From the NCBI GenBank assembly GCA_964035545.1, contig OZ037765.1, positions 28,953,504 to 29,017,503 of the forward strand: a stretch of DNA of 64,000 nucleotides. The letters are read 5' to 3'. A program made the position numbers and the translations under genes. The notes beneath the pieces were generated by a model. It saw nothing but the letters and a program-made list of their open reading frames with translations. It ran no database searches and was not told where the DNA came from. The stretch is from Bugula neritina (taxonomy: Eukaryota > Animalia > Bryozoa). Every line of letters begins with the position of its first letter. Position 1 is the stretch's first letter. Positions 13,001 through 27,638 of this stretch are shown here, piece after piece.

Positions 13001-16000
13001 ATATGGCATCTTGCAGACATTCCCTTTCACTTCTGAAACCAAGAGAATGGGCATTATAGTTAAGGTAATTTTGAACAGTTCCATTTACACTTCTAAAAAT
13101 TATTTATTGTGCAATTATGTGTGTCTATTTATTTATTCTGCTTAGGTCAGCTTTAATGTAGAATAATATTTATTTGATGTGTCAAAAATGTTAACCAGTG
13201 CAGAAAAATAAAACAATAGCTGTTATAAGTTATATCTTTTTGCCTAGCCTTATATATTTATCGTTTATAGTTTTACTCTTTGATGTTAACATTTTTGGCA
13301 CATCAAAGAAATACCAGACCTATATACATATAGCTAAAACATGTGTAAGGGTACAGTAAACATATGCTTGTGTAAATATTATGTCGTAGTTATTGATTGA
13401 GGAAATGTATCCGACATTGTTACAGGACAGCAATGGCGTCATAACTTTCTACATGAAAGGTGCTGATGTGGTCATGAGCTCCATTGTTCAGTATAATGAC
13501 TGGCTGGATGAAGAGGTACTAAACTACTTGTACAGCTATCTTGTACAACTGTGACAGTTTTGGCGTTGCTGTATTTCTCATGTTGAACTAAGGCTAATTT
13601 GCAGTGAACTTTATACTGTCTTCTGGTTTGGAACATTAGAATAGAACACTTTCGGAATAGTTTTTATGTCTACTTTGGTTTTCGCGTTGTATAACATAAG
13701 ACGAATCTCTCATATTGTATAAAATCTAGAATACTAAATAAAAGGTTAATGACTTTTAAAGTAAATAGTATTTGCTTCAAAAACTTGAAAAAAGTTTCTT
13801 TAATCAAAGTTTTTTTTTCTTCAAACTTCGTAAAAGTATTTCCAGTTGTGAGTGTGTGGATGATGTTACTGCATTTACCTTGTTAGACTGACAACATGGC
13901 ACGGGAAGGGTTGAGGACTCTAGTTGTGGCTAAGAAACAGCTCACTGAAGACCAATACAGAGATTTTGAGGTGAATAGCTCAACCAGAATTAAAATTCTT
14001 GTTTTTTGATACTCGAAAGTAAATTTATGGTGCATTATGTAGATTATGCTATGCTATGGCTGGTCAAATTTTGTTGGACTTGATGTTATTTTATGCTTAT
14101 TGATGGCAAATGTTTTCGAAAATTTCATTGCGCATTTGTGCTTAACCAAAAGGCAAATAATGCTGCGAAAAACTTTTGTGTCATGAATAGGTTGTACACT
14201 ATTGGTGTTGAGATTTACATAATTTGCTGACACGGAATCATTTTATGTTGTATTTGAGTTTTTTTTTGTTTCTCTCAAGTTGACATGATTTTAATAACAT
14301 TAAAATGATTACAACCATAAATATCTTTACATTCTATTCTGTATTTCACAGCAGCAATAGCATAGATGTCATATTTGCCAATAAAACATAGGGATTATGT
14401 GTTGAATATTATAAGGCAGCATATTATACATGGTTACTTGGCGTATGAAGCTGTGGAGTTGTTCTCTCTAGGCTAGGTACAGCCAGGCTAAGCTCAGCAC
14501 GGAGGACAGGTCTACTAAGATACGAGCTGTTGTTGAGAGCCTGGAGAGAGACCTTGAACTTCTCTGTCTCACGGGAGTGGAGGATAAGCTGCAGGAGAAT
14601 GTGCGGCCGACACTAGAACTCCTCAGAAATGCTGGTATTAAGGTACTTTCACATGACGCCCCTCACTAAATATGGCGAATTTATTAGAAATTAATCTATT
14701 TTCTTTCTTTCTTTGTACTGATGCTATGGTGTCTTCTAGATTTGGATGCTGACGGGTGATAAGTTGGAAACTGCCATATGTATCGGGAAAAGTTCGAAAC
14801 TAGTCGCTAAGACGCAAGAAGTGTTTGTGTTTAAACAAGTCTATTCTCGTGTGGATGTGCATGCAGAGCTCAATGCTTTCAGAAGGAAGAATGACTCAGC
14901 GCTTGTCATACGTGGTGATACATTAGAGGTCAGTGTAGATGCTAGAAATCATTGTACAGGGCTGTCCACACTTCAGCATTTTTGCTAGGGAAAGTTTTTC
15001 ATTTTGTTGTGTGCTAAATTTGTTTGCAAATTTTATACAAAGGAAATTTTTCATTGCACTCATTAATTTTTTTGACAGTAAATCTTGTGGTCAAATATAC
15101 TTGTTTAAAAATTGCCTGTTTAGCTTGGTGTTGCTGAATTGATGAGAATATGCTTGTATTAATACTGAAAAGGCAATTGTGGACAAGCCTTCAGCTGGAA
15201 AACTCTCTGTACTTAAAAACCTATTACAGGTTTTGCTTGTCAAAATGATATGTATATGCACAAACATTCGTATAAATCTAATGCTAACTGTAAATGTTTA
15301 TTTTCAAAAAGAAAATGGTAGAATTGTAACTGTCATTATTATCAATACTGGTGACTGACTTTATATATAAAAAATATTTTTTGACACTTTAAGGGTATTT
15401 TTTAAAATAAATCCTGTAGGGTAAAGGCAAAACGCTTTTGTTACCTTCTACTGCACTATTACCTTGTCACCTCATCATGTAATACCTAATGAAGAGTTAA
15501 TCTATTGGGTAGGTGTGTCTAAGTTTCTATGAAGATGAGTTTGTGGAGTTGGCCTGCCACAGTCCCACTGTCATTGTGTGCCGATGCTCTCCCACTCAGA
15601 AAGCTGACATTGTTCATTTAATCAAGAAACATACCAAAAAGAAAATCTGTGCTATTGGTAAGGGGATGCTTCATTTCTGTTTGTGTGTTTTATCAAGAAA
15701 AGTTCAATATTTGTCAATTTAAACTACAGGGTATTGCTTATGAATCATTCTATAGGCAGCTCGGAGTTTGGGGTGACTGAGTGTAATAGTTTAGGATTGT
15801 CGAGTTTGGCGTTTCAAAATCCTACTTAAACCCCAACTCCAATCTCGAAAACCATAAACTACTGCATTCCTCCACCTCCAACTGGAGCTGCTTCTAGAAC
15901 CATTCATTGCTTATACCCAATCAATTTCAATACAGTTATCGACAACTAAAGTGCCTTTGTGATGGAAGTTTTTAGCTGTTCCCATGTCACCATGCTGTTT

Positions 16001-18444
16001 GAGTTTTGAGTTATTCACACCTTTACTGATTTTATTGCCTTATTCAAACCTTGTATATGTGTATCTTTTCTATGTCATCTGGACTGTGTTTAGGTGACGG
16101 TGGCAATGATGTCTCCATGATACAAGCAGCAGACACCGGAGTTGGAATTGTGGGTAAAGAAGGAAAACAAGCATCTCTAGCAGCAGACTTCTCTATCAAC
16201 CAGTTTAGTTATATTGGTAAACTTGTGATAGTTCACGGCAGGAACAGGTAAATTCACTTTTAAGGCTGACCTTCTTGTTATATTTTACTAGTTTAATCTT
16301 GTTCGACCTTTAAGTTTTATATTTAATATTTGTGTTTAGCTGTGATTTAAAGACTTCTGAGATGATTAACTTATAACTATAAACTACATACCTTCAACTT
16401 TTATACCTGCTACTCCTGTCCCACTTAGTTGATAGTCAGCCAAGTAGTTGGTGCATGTGTATGTTTTTAATATTTCTGTAGAAGCACTGAATAACTTTCC
16501 TAAGTATAGCTATCTTTACAGAGTGGTTTAGACTATGAGCTTACAACATTTAGTGCAGCGTATAGTTAGACTCAGTTGAGTTTGTACTGAGTAACTCATG
16601 TTGTGTTGATTTGTCTAGTTACAAGAGGTCTGCAGCCTTGAGTCAGTTTGTCATGCACAGAGGCCTGATTATTACTACTATGCAAGCTGTTTTCTGCTCA
16701 ATCTTTTATCTGGCATCAGTTGAACTCTTCCCTGGGTTTCTCATGATAGGGTGAGTATGATGTACACTATGTGTAATATGAACACTTATACACACTTATC
16801 ATCTTACAAATGAATACACATGCAGTCATAGATAACATCTAACCGATGTGTATAGTTGGCTTGTTGTTGCTGTCACAGTTGAAGCTGCTGTTTGTGTTGA
16901 GCCATGGACAGTTGTATTACACATCAACGGCATCTCAAGTTTTACAGTAAAATATTATTAGTACATTCAGTGTTACTAAAGCTAGAATAAGTTTTTAAAT
17001 ATAGAAATCTACCACAAAATGCTACTACATTGTTTCTATCAGCACAGTAGTCTTTGTGTCTTGGAGAAATATACCCTTCATTTATTGTCACACAGGTATG
17101 GTACTGTGTTTACAATGTTTCCCGTCTTTTCTTTGGTGCTCGATAAAGACGTTACGTCTACAGTGGCTCTCACATACCCAGAGCTTTATAAAGAACTAAC
17201 CAAGGTAATAGCATCATGGCATGATATAATTTGAAATATGCATTCTTGTTGACAGGGTTAGACAACTCTTACATATTTCATTTGTTATATAGGGGAGATC
17301 TCTTAGTTTAAAGACCTTCTTCATATGGGTTCTCATTTCATTATACCAAGGTAATGCGTAATACTTTTAATTTTCTCATCCTGCAAGCTAATGCTAACTG
17401 CAGTTTATTGGAAGCTGTATGAAATTTAAATGAGAATCAATGTGCTCTGACCCTTTTTCAGCATAATCTAAAATCCTTATGGGCATGTGTTCTAATTGCT
17501 TTTATTTTTATTTTATGGGTTACTATTCTAGTAACTGCAGAAGAGCATGCTTTAGCAGCCTAAGTTGTTATCTAATACCTGAATAGCAAAAAATATTCAC
17601 TATTTAAATGTTTAATGTGTTGAATTTAAAGTAAAAAAATGAGTTGAAGACTTGTTTATTATACATTTGCTAAGACTAAAATCTAATCCAGTAAGTTGAC
17701 AACATTATGGCAACCATGTAATGCCGACTTGTTGCTATACACGATAGCATTATCTCAATTACTATTATTCTCCTGGTGGTGTGGTTTCTAGGCGGCATTA
17801 TCATGTATGGAGCCCTGCTGCTGTTTGACCAGGATTTCATCCATATTGTGTCCATCACATTCACTGCTGTTTTACTCACTGAACTGTTGATGGTAGCTCT
17901 AACAATAAGAACGTGGCACTGGCTTATGATAATTGCCGAAATTATCTCCCTTGCTTCTTACATTGTTACCTTGGTGATATTCAAAGACTTCTTCGGTAAG
18001 TTTTCACTTAACATATTCACAGTTCGTTAGATTAATTTGAAGGACTCTTGAAAAGCTGAACTCATATCTTGTTATTTGGAATTCCTCAAGAAGAGCAGTG
18101 TTGTTATGCATAATTATTATTGAAAAATGAATGAAGTGAGAATTTACAGCTATGTGTACTTTTGGCGTGGTATAAGTTTGAGCCGAAGTGATAATTTTCT
18201 CTGCATGTATGCTCTTTTCAATCTCGAAAATCAACACTGAACTTTGTGAAGAGCTGCTGTAGCCAGTGCAATCTGTACAATTCATATAATGTTTTGTATT
18301 TTAGACCCCAAATTTCTACAGACTTGGAACTTTATTTGGAAAACAGTAGTTATAACGGGCATTAGCTGTATCCCCCTATACATTATCAAGTTTCTACAAA
18401 GAAAATTTTCTCCTGCTACACATGCCAAACTAGTCGGCTTATGA
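7034..18444 (+). CDS. ATP9: P4-ATPase phospholipid flippase, ATP9A/ATP9B (Neo1/TAT-5) class, about 1094 aa
   Basis: 24 GT-AG exons, 3285 nt in frame: 7034-7107, 8006-8167, 8665-8830, 8955-9068, 9485-9652, 9878-10024, 10285-10365, 10518-10667, 10926-11015, 11338-11518, 11714-11826, 12370-12567, 12900-13064, 13426-13515, 13887-13970, 14472-14642, 14740-14928, 15513-15657, 16094-16247, 16619-16750, 17096-17204, 17293-17350, 17792-17995, 18305-18444. Motifs [13 protein letters not shown] (ATP9-type), [50 protein letters not shown]. Confidence 0.97.
10046..10241. repeat. 28-bp minisatellite, 7 copies, ATP9 intron 6
   Basis: Unit TRTTCACTGTCACCTTGGGGCACCTGCA. Explains the repetitive ORF 10045-10248 and the repetitive tail of ORF 9887-10264. 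Confidence 0.95.
10720..10742. repeat. (TA)n microsatellite
   Basis: tatatatatatatatatatatat in ATP9 intron 8. Confidence 0.9.
15742..15905. mobile_element. Mutator (MULE)-type MITE, 164 bp, ATP9 intron 18
   Basis: TIRs GAATCATTCTATAGGCAGCTC / GAGCTGCTTCTAGAACCATTC with G...C termini, flanked by a perfect 9-bp direct repeat ATTGCTTAT (15733-15741 and 15906-15914). Confidence 0.8.
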
Positions 18445-18902
18445 TCAGCGAATCATAGACTATATTTTTGAAATCTCTGCAATTAATATATTTATTGACT
18501 ACAAATGTGCATCTATTCCATATTTCCAAGTTCCAGAGCTATTCTTGCACTTGCCAGACATACTGTGGTGTATTTGTTTCTAACATTATGGCTAGGTTTA
18601 CATTAGCATTACATTTAGTTATCAACGTACCAGTAATCCTTGAAAATAGTGCTGCTAATCACATTTTGTAACTAATGATTGTTTTGTCTACTAACTTTAT
18701 TGGCTTAAACTAAAATATTAATAAGTATGATGGATATGTTTAATAATAACTGGTTATTTAAATATGATATTATCATGAAAATAAAATGGTAAGTATTAGA
18801 CATATAAAACATGAACTAATTCATTTTAAAGTTATTTGTACTTTTTTGTATGGAATCCTTTTGATTTAAAAAAAAATTTCTGATAATTTACAAGTGAATG
18901 GA

Positions 18903-21248
18903 TTAATCTTGTGCAGCATGAGCTCTGTTACTCTGAGGAGGGTGCACAAAGTGCTTGAGGGATCTGCCAGAACCTCCAGCTATATTATACGCCCATAAAG
19001 CCATTGCCACCAGGCTAATAAACAACAGAGTAATACTCCCTGCATAGTTGGGCTTTTTATCATCATAGCTGTAGTTTAGTATGGTCTACAATAAAATATT
19101 CCAAGATGAAAGGGTACTTTTATTATAATTCATAATTTAATTATTAATCAGTAGAAAATTGAAACATGAACACAACCAACAGTACAGCCAACTTTGATCA
19201 CTATATATTAAATTGCAAGCTTTTTCATTCAAATGCATTAATTTTTTAAAGTATAGCGATATTTACCAGCCCAGATACGAGCAGGTGGGATACGATAACT
19301 CCAATAACACCAGTGACATTTCGCCACAAAACATCAGAGTCCAAAGAGCCCATGAACACAATTCCCCAACACACGTGCAACAAGATGAAAGCTAGGGCCA
19401 TAAATGCTGCAATGAGAAAATATTGTTTGATAGACACAATTGAAAATATATTAATATTTGCAGATAAACCTATAGATGTTCAAAGTTTTGTATCCAACAT
19501 GTATACACTTGTGCCTAAATGTGTTTCAGATTGCCACACTTCCGTCATGTTTAATGCATGTAAAGGGTTACTCTGTGTAGTAACAATATTTACATGACTG
19601 TTACAACAACAAAACTGATAAAACAACTAAAATAATCCTATCTACAAAGTCACAGCCCATACTTGTAATGTTTAGACTTTAGAAGCTCATGAGTTCAACT
19701 AGAAAAATCTCAGAGTATCGTAATTTCACTACACATTGAAAATTTATAGGTATGAGCAGACAATTTCAAACAGATCAGTTGCTCTTGCCAACAACTTGAA
19801 TAATAACTACAATACGTATTCTAACAGGAGAGGGAAACAGGTATATTTGCTGACCTTGACACACAGGAGAGGCTGGTAAAACAGCGAGCAAAGGTAGTAC
19901 TGTGAAGTAGGACTGAGTAGTTGATAGCAATTGCTACTTACATGAAATAATAAAGAAATACTGTGACTGTCCAGCAATACCGACAGTACCAGGGCCACTG
20001 AGGTCTCTGAAGATGTTCACAGTGGCAAACGCTCCACTCACCAAACCATAGCCCAGTCCGGCAGCTGAAGACACAAATTAGCTGACTATTTGCAACATAA
20101 ATCAAGTTACTACCTTACAGAACTTCCACCATAACAACACAGATTTTAGAATTCTCAACACGTGTCTGTTAGAAGTATGTAAATTGATAGTTTTTATGTC
20201 TTTAGAATAGAACTTTTTATCAAGGACAAAAGAAAAATAACCAACAGTCCGCATGAAATACCATAGTTACTTTCAACATTTGACAAAACATGGAAACAAA
20301 TTAATGAAAAAATACAGCAGCTGAAGTTGTGATAATTCTTTATAAATTCTTTTTCAAATCAATACTGTAGCTACTTTCAACATTTAACTATGGAAACAAA
20401 TAAATGAAAAAATACAGCAGATGAAGTTTTGACATTTGTAAAATATCTTCCAGTGTCGAAATATCAAAAATATTAGATTGAAAGTAGTTTGTAACTTGCA
20501 GCAAAAAAGGTGTTTGAACATTCTATAACTATATTTTTAGAGACACTCTTCTACACAAACATGTTCAATAATTATTCCATATAATCGGATTTACTCACAA
20601 TAATATATTGCCAACATGTTTAATGGCTTCCTCTCTTGCTTTCCCTGATTGTGCACAGCTTCCAGACCAAGTCTTGCCTTGCTGTAGAATCAAAAGCCGA
20701 AATTCAAATAATAATCAATCTAAACTGTCCTCTAACAGAAATCTTACAGTAAGCCTTAACTTTGCTATAATACCAGTATTAACTGGGAGAAATGTACATA
20801 ATAGAAAATATAATAGATGTAATAGCAAAACCATAAAACAAAAACTGTAAATACCAGAGAACATAGTAGAATAGGAATCTGAACAGTTCTTGAAACAGGA
20901 CGGAGACAACAACTCCCATCACAAATTTACCAACACCCATCTGTACAGGTATGAGCCATATTAAAGAGCTGAACAAGAGGCTTAGCAGCCAAAAGAAGGC
21001 ACTACAAAGAAAAACCAAAAGTTTAAAACATCAAGTTGACTAATACACATAATCATACTGTTTGATTAGGTTATTGTTTAGTTGCTGTGATATCTTTCTG
21101 TTATGAAATATACCAAACAAGACAGATGCACATACCTTGCCATTAACATTATTACATGAAGAGGCTTTCGGGCAACAGTGACAACAAACATGGAAGCTGG
21201 GGCTCCAAATGTCACTAAGAGACATCCAAGCATTTCAACCACCGTCAT
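18903..21248 (-). CDS. APH1: Gamma-secretase subunit APH-1, 262 aa
   Basis: Six exons 21248-21136, 21001-20855, 20681-20599, 20064-19942, 19406-19267, 19085-18903 (789 nt). Motifs MTVVEMLGCLLVTFGAP, SAFFWLLSLL, SVLFQELFR, GLGYGLVSG (GxxxG), GPGTVG, LLHVCWG, SHLLVSGL. Confidence 0.96.
20268..20430. repeat. Tandem duplication (~104-bp spacing) in APH1 intron 3
   Basis: TACTTTCAACATTT...ATGGAAACAAAT.AATGAAAAAATACAGCAG.TGAAGTT at about 20268 and about 20372. Confidence 0.75.
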
Positions 21249-22399
21249 GATGGTAGCTATTGCTAAGAATGCTCTGGTTGAATATTTAAAACATGTAGAC
21301 TGTTTTAATTATTGAAACCTGAAACAAAAAATTCCATCAGTTGATATTGGTTATGACTTAACAAATCAAAATTGAATTAAAAGCTAAATTTTTTCAACAT
21401 ATCATTTAATTTTTTTTTATTGTTATTGATGTATTTTTATAGCTTTCTTTTGAAATTGCACAACTTTTACAAATATTTGAAAAATAAAAAGCTGTACTAT
21501 TTGTAGGTTATAAAATAAATTTACCAAAATTATAAAAACTAGTGTTTATCTGATAACTAAATACAGTTCAATAACAGCAATGCAAAAAATCATTATGGAA
21601 ACCTATGTTTTTTGACCAAGAGTTTACTAAAAAGGAAAAAAATAACAATATTTACTTATTTGGCTTTATTTCTCAACACATAATTATTTTTAGGCAAAAA
21701 GCAGATATATAAGCAGCTAAGATTTCATAAAATAGACGGAAATAAAGATATTCAGTTTGTGCTGAAAAGTAAAGTGATTCATATAATATTGAGTTCAATT
21801 AAAATGCCAACTAAAAGTAAAATACAAAAAATATAGAATTAAATCCGCTAAACATCATTTATTTAAAATTGACATGAGTGTATAGTGTTGAAGAAAATTA
21901 AATTTTTATTCTTGTTACCCAGAACTATGTGGCATGTATATGATAAAAATTCAAAGTGTAAGAATAGTTAGCTTGATGATGGTTATATTTATATAGTAAT
22001 AAACAGACTTGAGTAGAGATAAAATTACTAACTTCACTTGACGCTGGGCATTTAGTGATTTAGCAAATGATAATCATATTATTAGTCATAGTTTTATTGA
22101 CAGCTATATTTTTATAACTTCGAGTCACTGGTAGTGGTATTCATAATGATAATATCAATAATAAATTACTTACAGTTGATCTTTCAAATAATTTTTTTTA
22201 TTCCTAAATTAACATTAGGCTAAATTTATTACGTTTCGGGTTTCATTGAATTTTGTTGTTGTGACTGTGATTATCGACATTAACATAAAACTAAATTTTA
22301 TTGTCATACTTGAAGTTAATTAATCTAAATCTTATAGCTATAGTTGTTGTGATCAAGACGCACTCCTCCTCAAGGTCATGTTTCATGACTTATCAATTT

Positions 22400-23157
22400 G
22401 AGTCTTATCATAATTACATTCACTGTGCTACTTCTAACTTCTAGTTTGTCTTCAATGTTTACCTTAATTTCTAGTGTTAGAATAGCTTAGACTTACATTA
22501 TGATCAATTTTAAATCAAAGTGATTAATTTTAAATTAAAATTATGATCCTAATAAAAAATTACATTGTTATATTTAATAAATATAAATCTAAAATTAATA
22601 TAATTAAAATTTTACTCATTATAATTATCGTAATGAAAATCAGATTTAAAGTAATTAAATTTAATAATAATTTCAAATAATAAATTGAAACTACTCTGCG
22701 TCTGAGATCCAAGAACTAGAATTTCTATTTTTAACGCACTTGACCTTGTAACTGCACTAAAAGTAAAAGCAAAATTGCTGTAGGCCTAAGTGTAAAGACT
22801 AAAGTTAATATACAGTCCAACATTCATATTATTCTAATTATTTATTCAATTTTATATTCATATGGACTACGTTTCCTAGTTCTTAGTGCGAGTTTTCAGG
22901 ATGAGTTTGCCTTAAGCTTAAAAACATTTTTATTGATACTGCTACTAGTTCCGTATTCATTTTGCATTGTAATATGAAAATCAAAGTAAAATTGTATTTT
23001 ACTACAAGCCCAAGTACATATTGATATTGATATTAACATTAAAATTACACTTTTAGTGCATAGTATATACAATATCAAATGAGTAACCATTTATGAACCT
23101 GACTCTGAGACATTGTAAAATCTGATGAGTGCTGGTAACATCAACCTTAGATAATAG
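22400..23157. promoter_or_regulatory. Putative bidirectional promoter APH1 (-) / TAO (+), with untranslated first exons
   Basis: APH1 5'UTR acceptor at 21319-21320 (- strand). Strong + strand donor AG|GTAAGT at 23157/23158. GGACTACGTTTCCTA at 22864-22878. Boundaries approximate. Confidence 0.4.
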
Positions 23158-26100
23158 GTAAGTATTTATTCAATTGAAAAAAGTTTGAGCTTAGAGAAAT
23201 ATTCTAATGATGCATGTTTATGTTGTTTATTTTCATTAAAATTTTGCTGTTTGTTTCTATACTTATAATTTATGGCAAACGCTATTAAGGACAAAAACTA
23301 TCAAATTTTAATTATAAAATTATTACAGTAGGATAACTCTAGAGCTTTAAAACTGGTTTCGGAGAATTTTACCGGAACAACTGCTTTCAAGCGCAAGCGC
23401 ATCAAACCTATAGTGGGACTAAGAAGTCTATTATTTTGTTACACTTTGACATGGATTTGATAAGTCTGGTGGTCTTAATAATTTTAATTACAATGAAAAT
23501 ATATACGTATTCATATTAATTATACATGCTATAACTGATAATTTCAATTAATTTTTTTTCTTTTATTAAATTGTCAGCAATAAGAATATCCTTATGATTA
23601 TGAAAATGAATATGAATAATCATTATCAAAATGAATAAAATTAAATTAAAATAAAATTTATTATAATTATTAAATTTAAATAACAAAATATTGGATTAAA
23701 TATCAATTGCACTTAGAGTTTTTGTTACTGTCAGTTAGTTTTTAGTTGAACTTATGTTATTAAATGTGAATATTTATATTGTACTAAGACTTACAGTTAC
23801 AGTTACACTTGCTGTTGGTGTTATACTTATCACTTATCAGTTATTGTAATTCAAATTGTTACTGTAGTGTTAGTGTTACCCTTGAGGCTTGAAGTTATAG
23901 ACACACTGACAGTGACACTTAGTCTAATTTACTCTTAGTCTTTAGAGTTACTGTTAAAGTTAGTTTAAGATTGAGTTTCACTGCACTGGAAAGTTGCTAT
24001 AAACTTAAGTATACTGATACTCATACTATGTAGTGTGTAGTCCAACTCTATGAGCAAAGTGAATAGTCATTTTGATTATGATTATCCTAGCTCCTAGGCC
24101 TTATGATTGGGAATTTTTAGATTAAAGGTTGAACTCTTATCTTTACTTTTGACTTTTAGTTTTAGTGATACTTTTTCATTTTAGCTTAGTATTATTGTTA
24201 TTATAATGATTATCATTATGATGAGCCATAACATTAGTATAACGGTTAGGATGGACCTAAGAGTATGATTATGAATAGTTATAGTAACAATAACAGTAAC
24301 TGGAATAAATAACAGCTACGTTTTCACTTTTTAGTTGGAGTTCCTTTGAGTTTATTACATGTCGTTTTAAATTAAATTTTATGATCATACTTTTACAATT
24401 GCAGTAATGATGATTATGGATGAATGACAATCTTTCAATTTGAATTTTATATAAGTAACAACTACTGTTACTACTTCTACTATAAGTCTATACTCTACTA
24501 ATAGTACTCTATTTCTAGTACTACTGCCTGTAGTACATCTGGTACTATTACCATTATTTCGAATGTTCTTCATATTTTTATCTGAAAATTGGCCTTTGTG
24601 TTAGGTTTGAAGTTGAAAAAACACTATTTTCTTTTATTTTTACATTTTATTTTTATTCTTACTGAAAGTGAGTAGTTTTATTTACAGAAATAAACACTTG
24701 CCAGGTATTAAACAAAGAGCAGGTGCTGTGTTCTGAACTTTAACATGTGGATATGCTACATGTGTGAGTGTAGTAGTAAATGTGACGGCTTTTTGCTACT
24801 AATACTCTGCTAGTAGTTGTCAGGAGGTTACCTATGGAACTAGGTCTTGACTCTAGAACTAGTACTATGGGTGTGAGTGGGACTATCAGTCCAAATACAT
24901 GAATATATGTTCCTGTTCTTCTGTTAATAATTGCAGAGTAGAGTCATACCACATACACCCAACTTGCATCTGCTTTAATCACTTTCATTCTGATTATCAA
25001 CCCAGTACGAGTTACATTATAGCTATGTCTGTGTAAGTATTAGTGTGGATATTTCACAGCTTATAGTTTTGTTTTTTATGTTGTAGAATGTATTTTTGCA
25101 AACACTAAAACTAGTAAGTCTTGCTCAAAACTTAATATGTTATTTGAGATACGTTAAGTTGGTCATTTTTAGTGAACATGAAAAGTATTTATAACAGTTT
25201 TGAAAGCCTGAAACCACTGTAATTATTTCAATTTGCATTCTTAATTGTTGACTAGAATATACACGTTCAAAATAGAAGTTATAGTGACAGTTATAAATTT
25301 AAGTTCATATATTCTTTTCAATTATAATCACAGTCAATTCAAGTCTCAGTTTAATGGTTAGAATTGACTCGCTAATAATTTCGGATGTTAGGGCGCACAT
25401 TGCCACGTAGTCATTTGACGCTGGTAATATTAGCGAAGGGTCAACTTTATGCCTTGCTGTTTAAATTTATTGTTCAGTGCTTTGGAAAAGCAATGCTAAT
25501 CTAAGATTCTGAGTTGCTAATTGATTATGGTCATATCATGTGTGGTTTGAATTTCCACAAACTTATGTATGTGTGTTGCATTGCTCACTTGAATCTTGGT
25601 GAAAACTGGTGCAAGTGGCCATAATATATTGAATCGGTGAAATTTAAGTTTCTTGGAAAAAAATCTAAATAATTTATGAAAAACGGTGTTGAACATTTAA
25701 ATTTTAATGTCCTACGGTGAAGCAATACCGTCACAGCAGCTTTTTTTGGTAAGGATTTTGACTTACTAGAACAACTGTCTAGACTGTCCAGTCCTTTACT
25801 TGTCCAAATGTATGGTTTATGGTCTTTATATCCACTATATATGGCTATCTACTGCAGCTGTTGCCTATTTAAATACTAGCTGGTGTTGTAGAAATGGGCA
25901 TCTGGCTGGAAATTTACCATTTGTATTATAAGTGCGTTCAAGGCCCAACTGATGGTATAGTAAGTTGAAGTGAGTAGTTGTGGCTTGTTTACGTGGCAGC
26001 CTTCTTGAAGTTGAGTGAGTCAGTTTTAGTTATTAAGTTACTGCTCACAGATTCCAAGACTCAAGTGAACAACTAATTGTTTTACACAGTAATCACTGTT

Positions 26101-27638
26101 TTTGACCTTCAATAGAATGACACTGTTGTGGTTTGTTCTTTTGTGTGGAAGACTGAATAGCTATGAAGAAAGACAAAGGTTGAATCTATCTCCCCACTAT
26201 CCTATTTTATCTATGTGCCCATCTACATATCTTCTGTAACATCTAGTCAGATTTCTACTCTTCTGAGGGCAGTTCTCTGTTTGATGACTCATCGTCTAGT
26301 AAAGTGCTACCCCATCAATTATTTGTGAACTTGATTTTTCATTTATAGCTCTTTTGCTGCAAGAATATTAACTTAAGAAGTAAACATAAGTTCAGAAAAC
26401 AGAAACTTCATGTTAATTAAATGCTGAAACTAAAGTGTATAGGGAAGATAATTTCTGAACTCGCCCAAGTAAAACACACTGTAGGAAGCTTTCTCAAGAC
26501 ATGGGCAAATTAGAGCAAAAAAGTTAGGAGAAAACAAAGAAAGCAAATACTTTTGTTTGATTTTGATTAATTTTGACAGTTTAATTGCTGCAGCACTACA
26601 CAACAAAGCAAATCTGGGTTTTTTTGTTTGAGTTTTAGTCCATTGGAATGAGTAATAATATATTAGTGGTGCCCCCCAAATGGAGCCAGTCTAGCCTGTC
26701 AGTTATGTAACATTATTCAGTCCAACAGACATGCTGGCTCTTCGAGCCATCATGTTGATTTTGCTGCAAAACATATCAAAACATCTCAATTTCGTTAGAA
26801 AAAGTTTCATTATTGTTTTTTTTGCCAGCCTTCAAAGTTATTAACTCTCAGCTGAATGTTGCGCTTGTTTTGATCCTACAAATTTGCTAAGCTATCATTT
26901 TTGGGAAGATTATACTGGCACTACTTCAAGTATGTCCTAGTTTGGCTAGGCTAGTAGTATTAGAAGCTCACCAATTATAAGATAATTTCAAGTTTTGACT
27001 TCTAACCTTGTAGTTAACACTGTTGGTCTACTTTGGAGTGGTTTTGCTAATGACTATTGCAAGCATTCTTTACTAGGAGTGGCGATAACTTTCGCTACAA
27101 ATGTTTGACCTAATTAATTATTAGTGTGATTAACTTATTGATAATAATTTATCAGAAATGATTAGTTTTATTATTAGTTAGTCCACATCTTGCGAGTAAA
27201 GTGAGCTAAGCAGAAAGACTATTGTCAGTTACTGCATCTCTCACCACCACCTCTCACCCAGTGACTAAAGTAGCTTACAGACTCTGTCGTTGACCTCGTT
27301 GTGCACATCACCAAGTAGATAAACTGCGTGTAGCACATGTTGTATATTATGTCAGTTATATCTCAGCATTACTGTTCATGTAATCGTTATAATACTTGAT
27401 AATCTCAACCAGTTTGGGCTGTAGAATGTAACGTAAAACTTACTTACTGTATGAAAACAGCATAATTGAAGGTGGTGTAGTTACTATGCATTGGTTACAC
27501 TGGTATGAACTAGCAGGGAGTCTACAGGATTAGCTAGCCATCGTGATCACGTGGTGTTTCATTGCATCACTCCTTCTGAACATGAAGTTTCTTGTTTAGA
27601 TGCCAGCACAGTTGACAGATTGAGCTGCTGACTACTGC

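Noticed and set aside
21300-27590. Short ORFs between APH1 and TAO (22896-23090, 24385-24573)
   Set aside because: AT-rich, low complexity and no spliceable partner exons found; better explained as promoter and 5'UTR introns.
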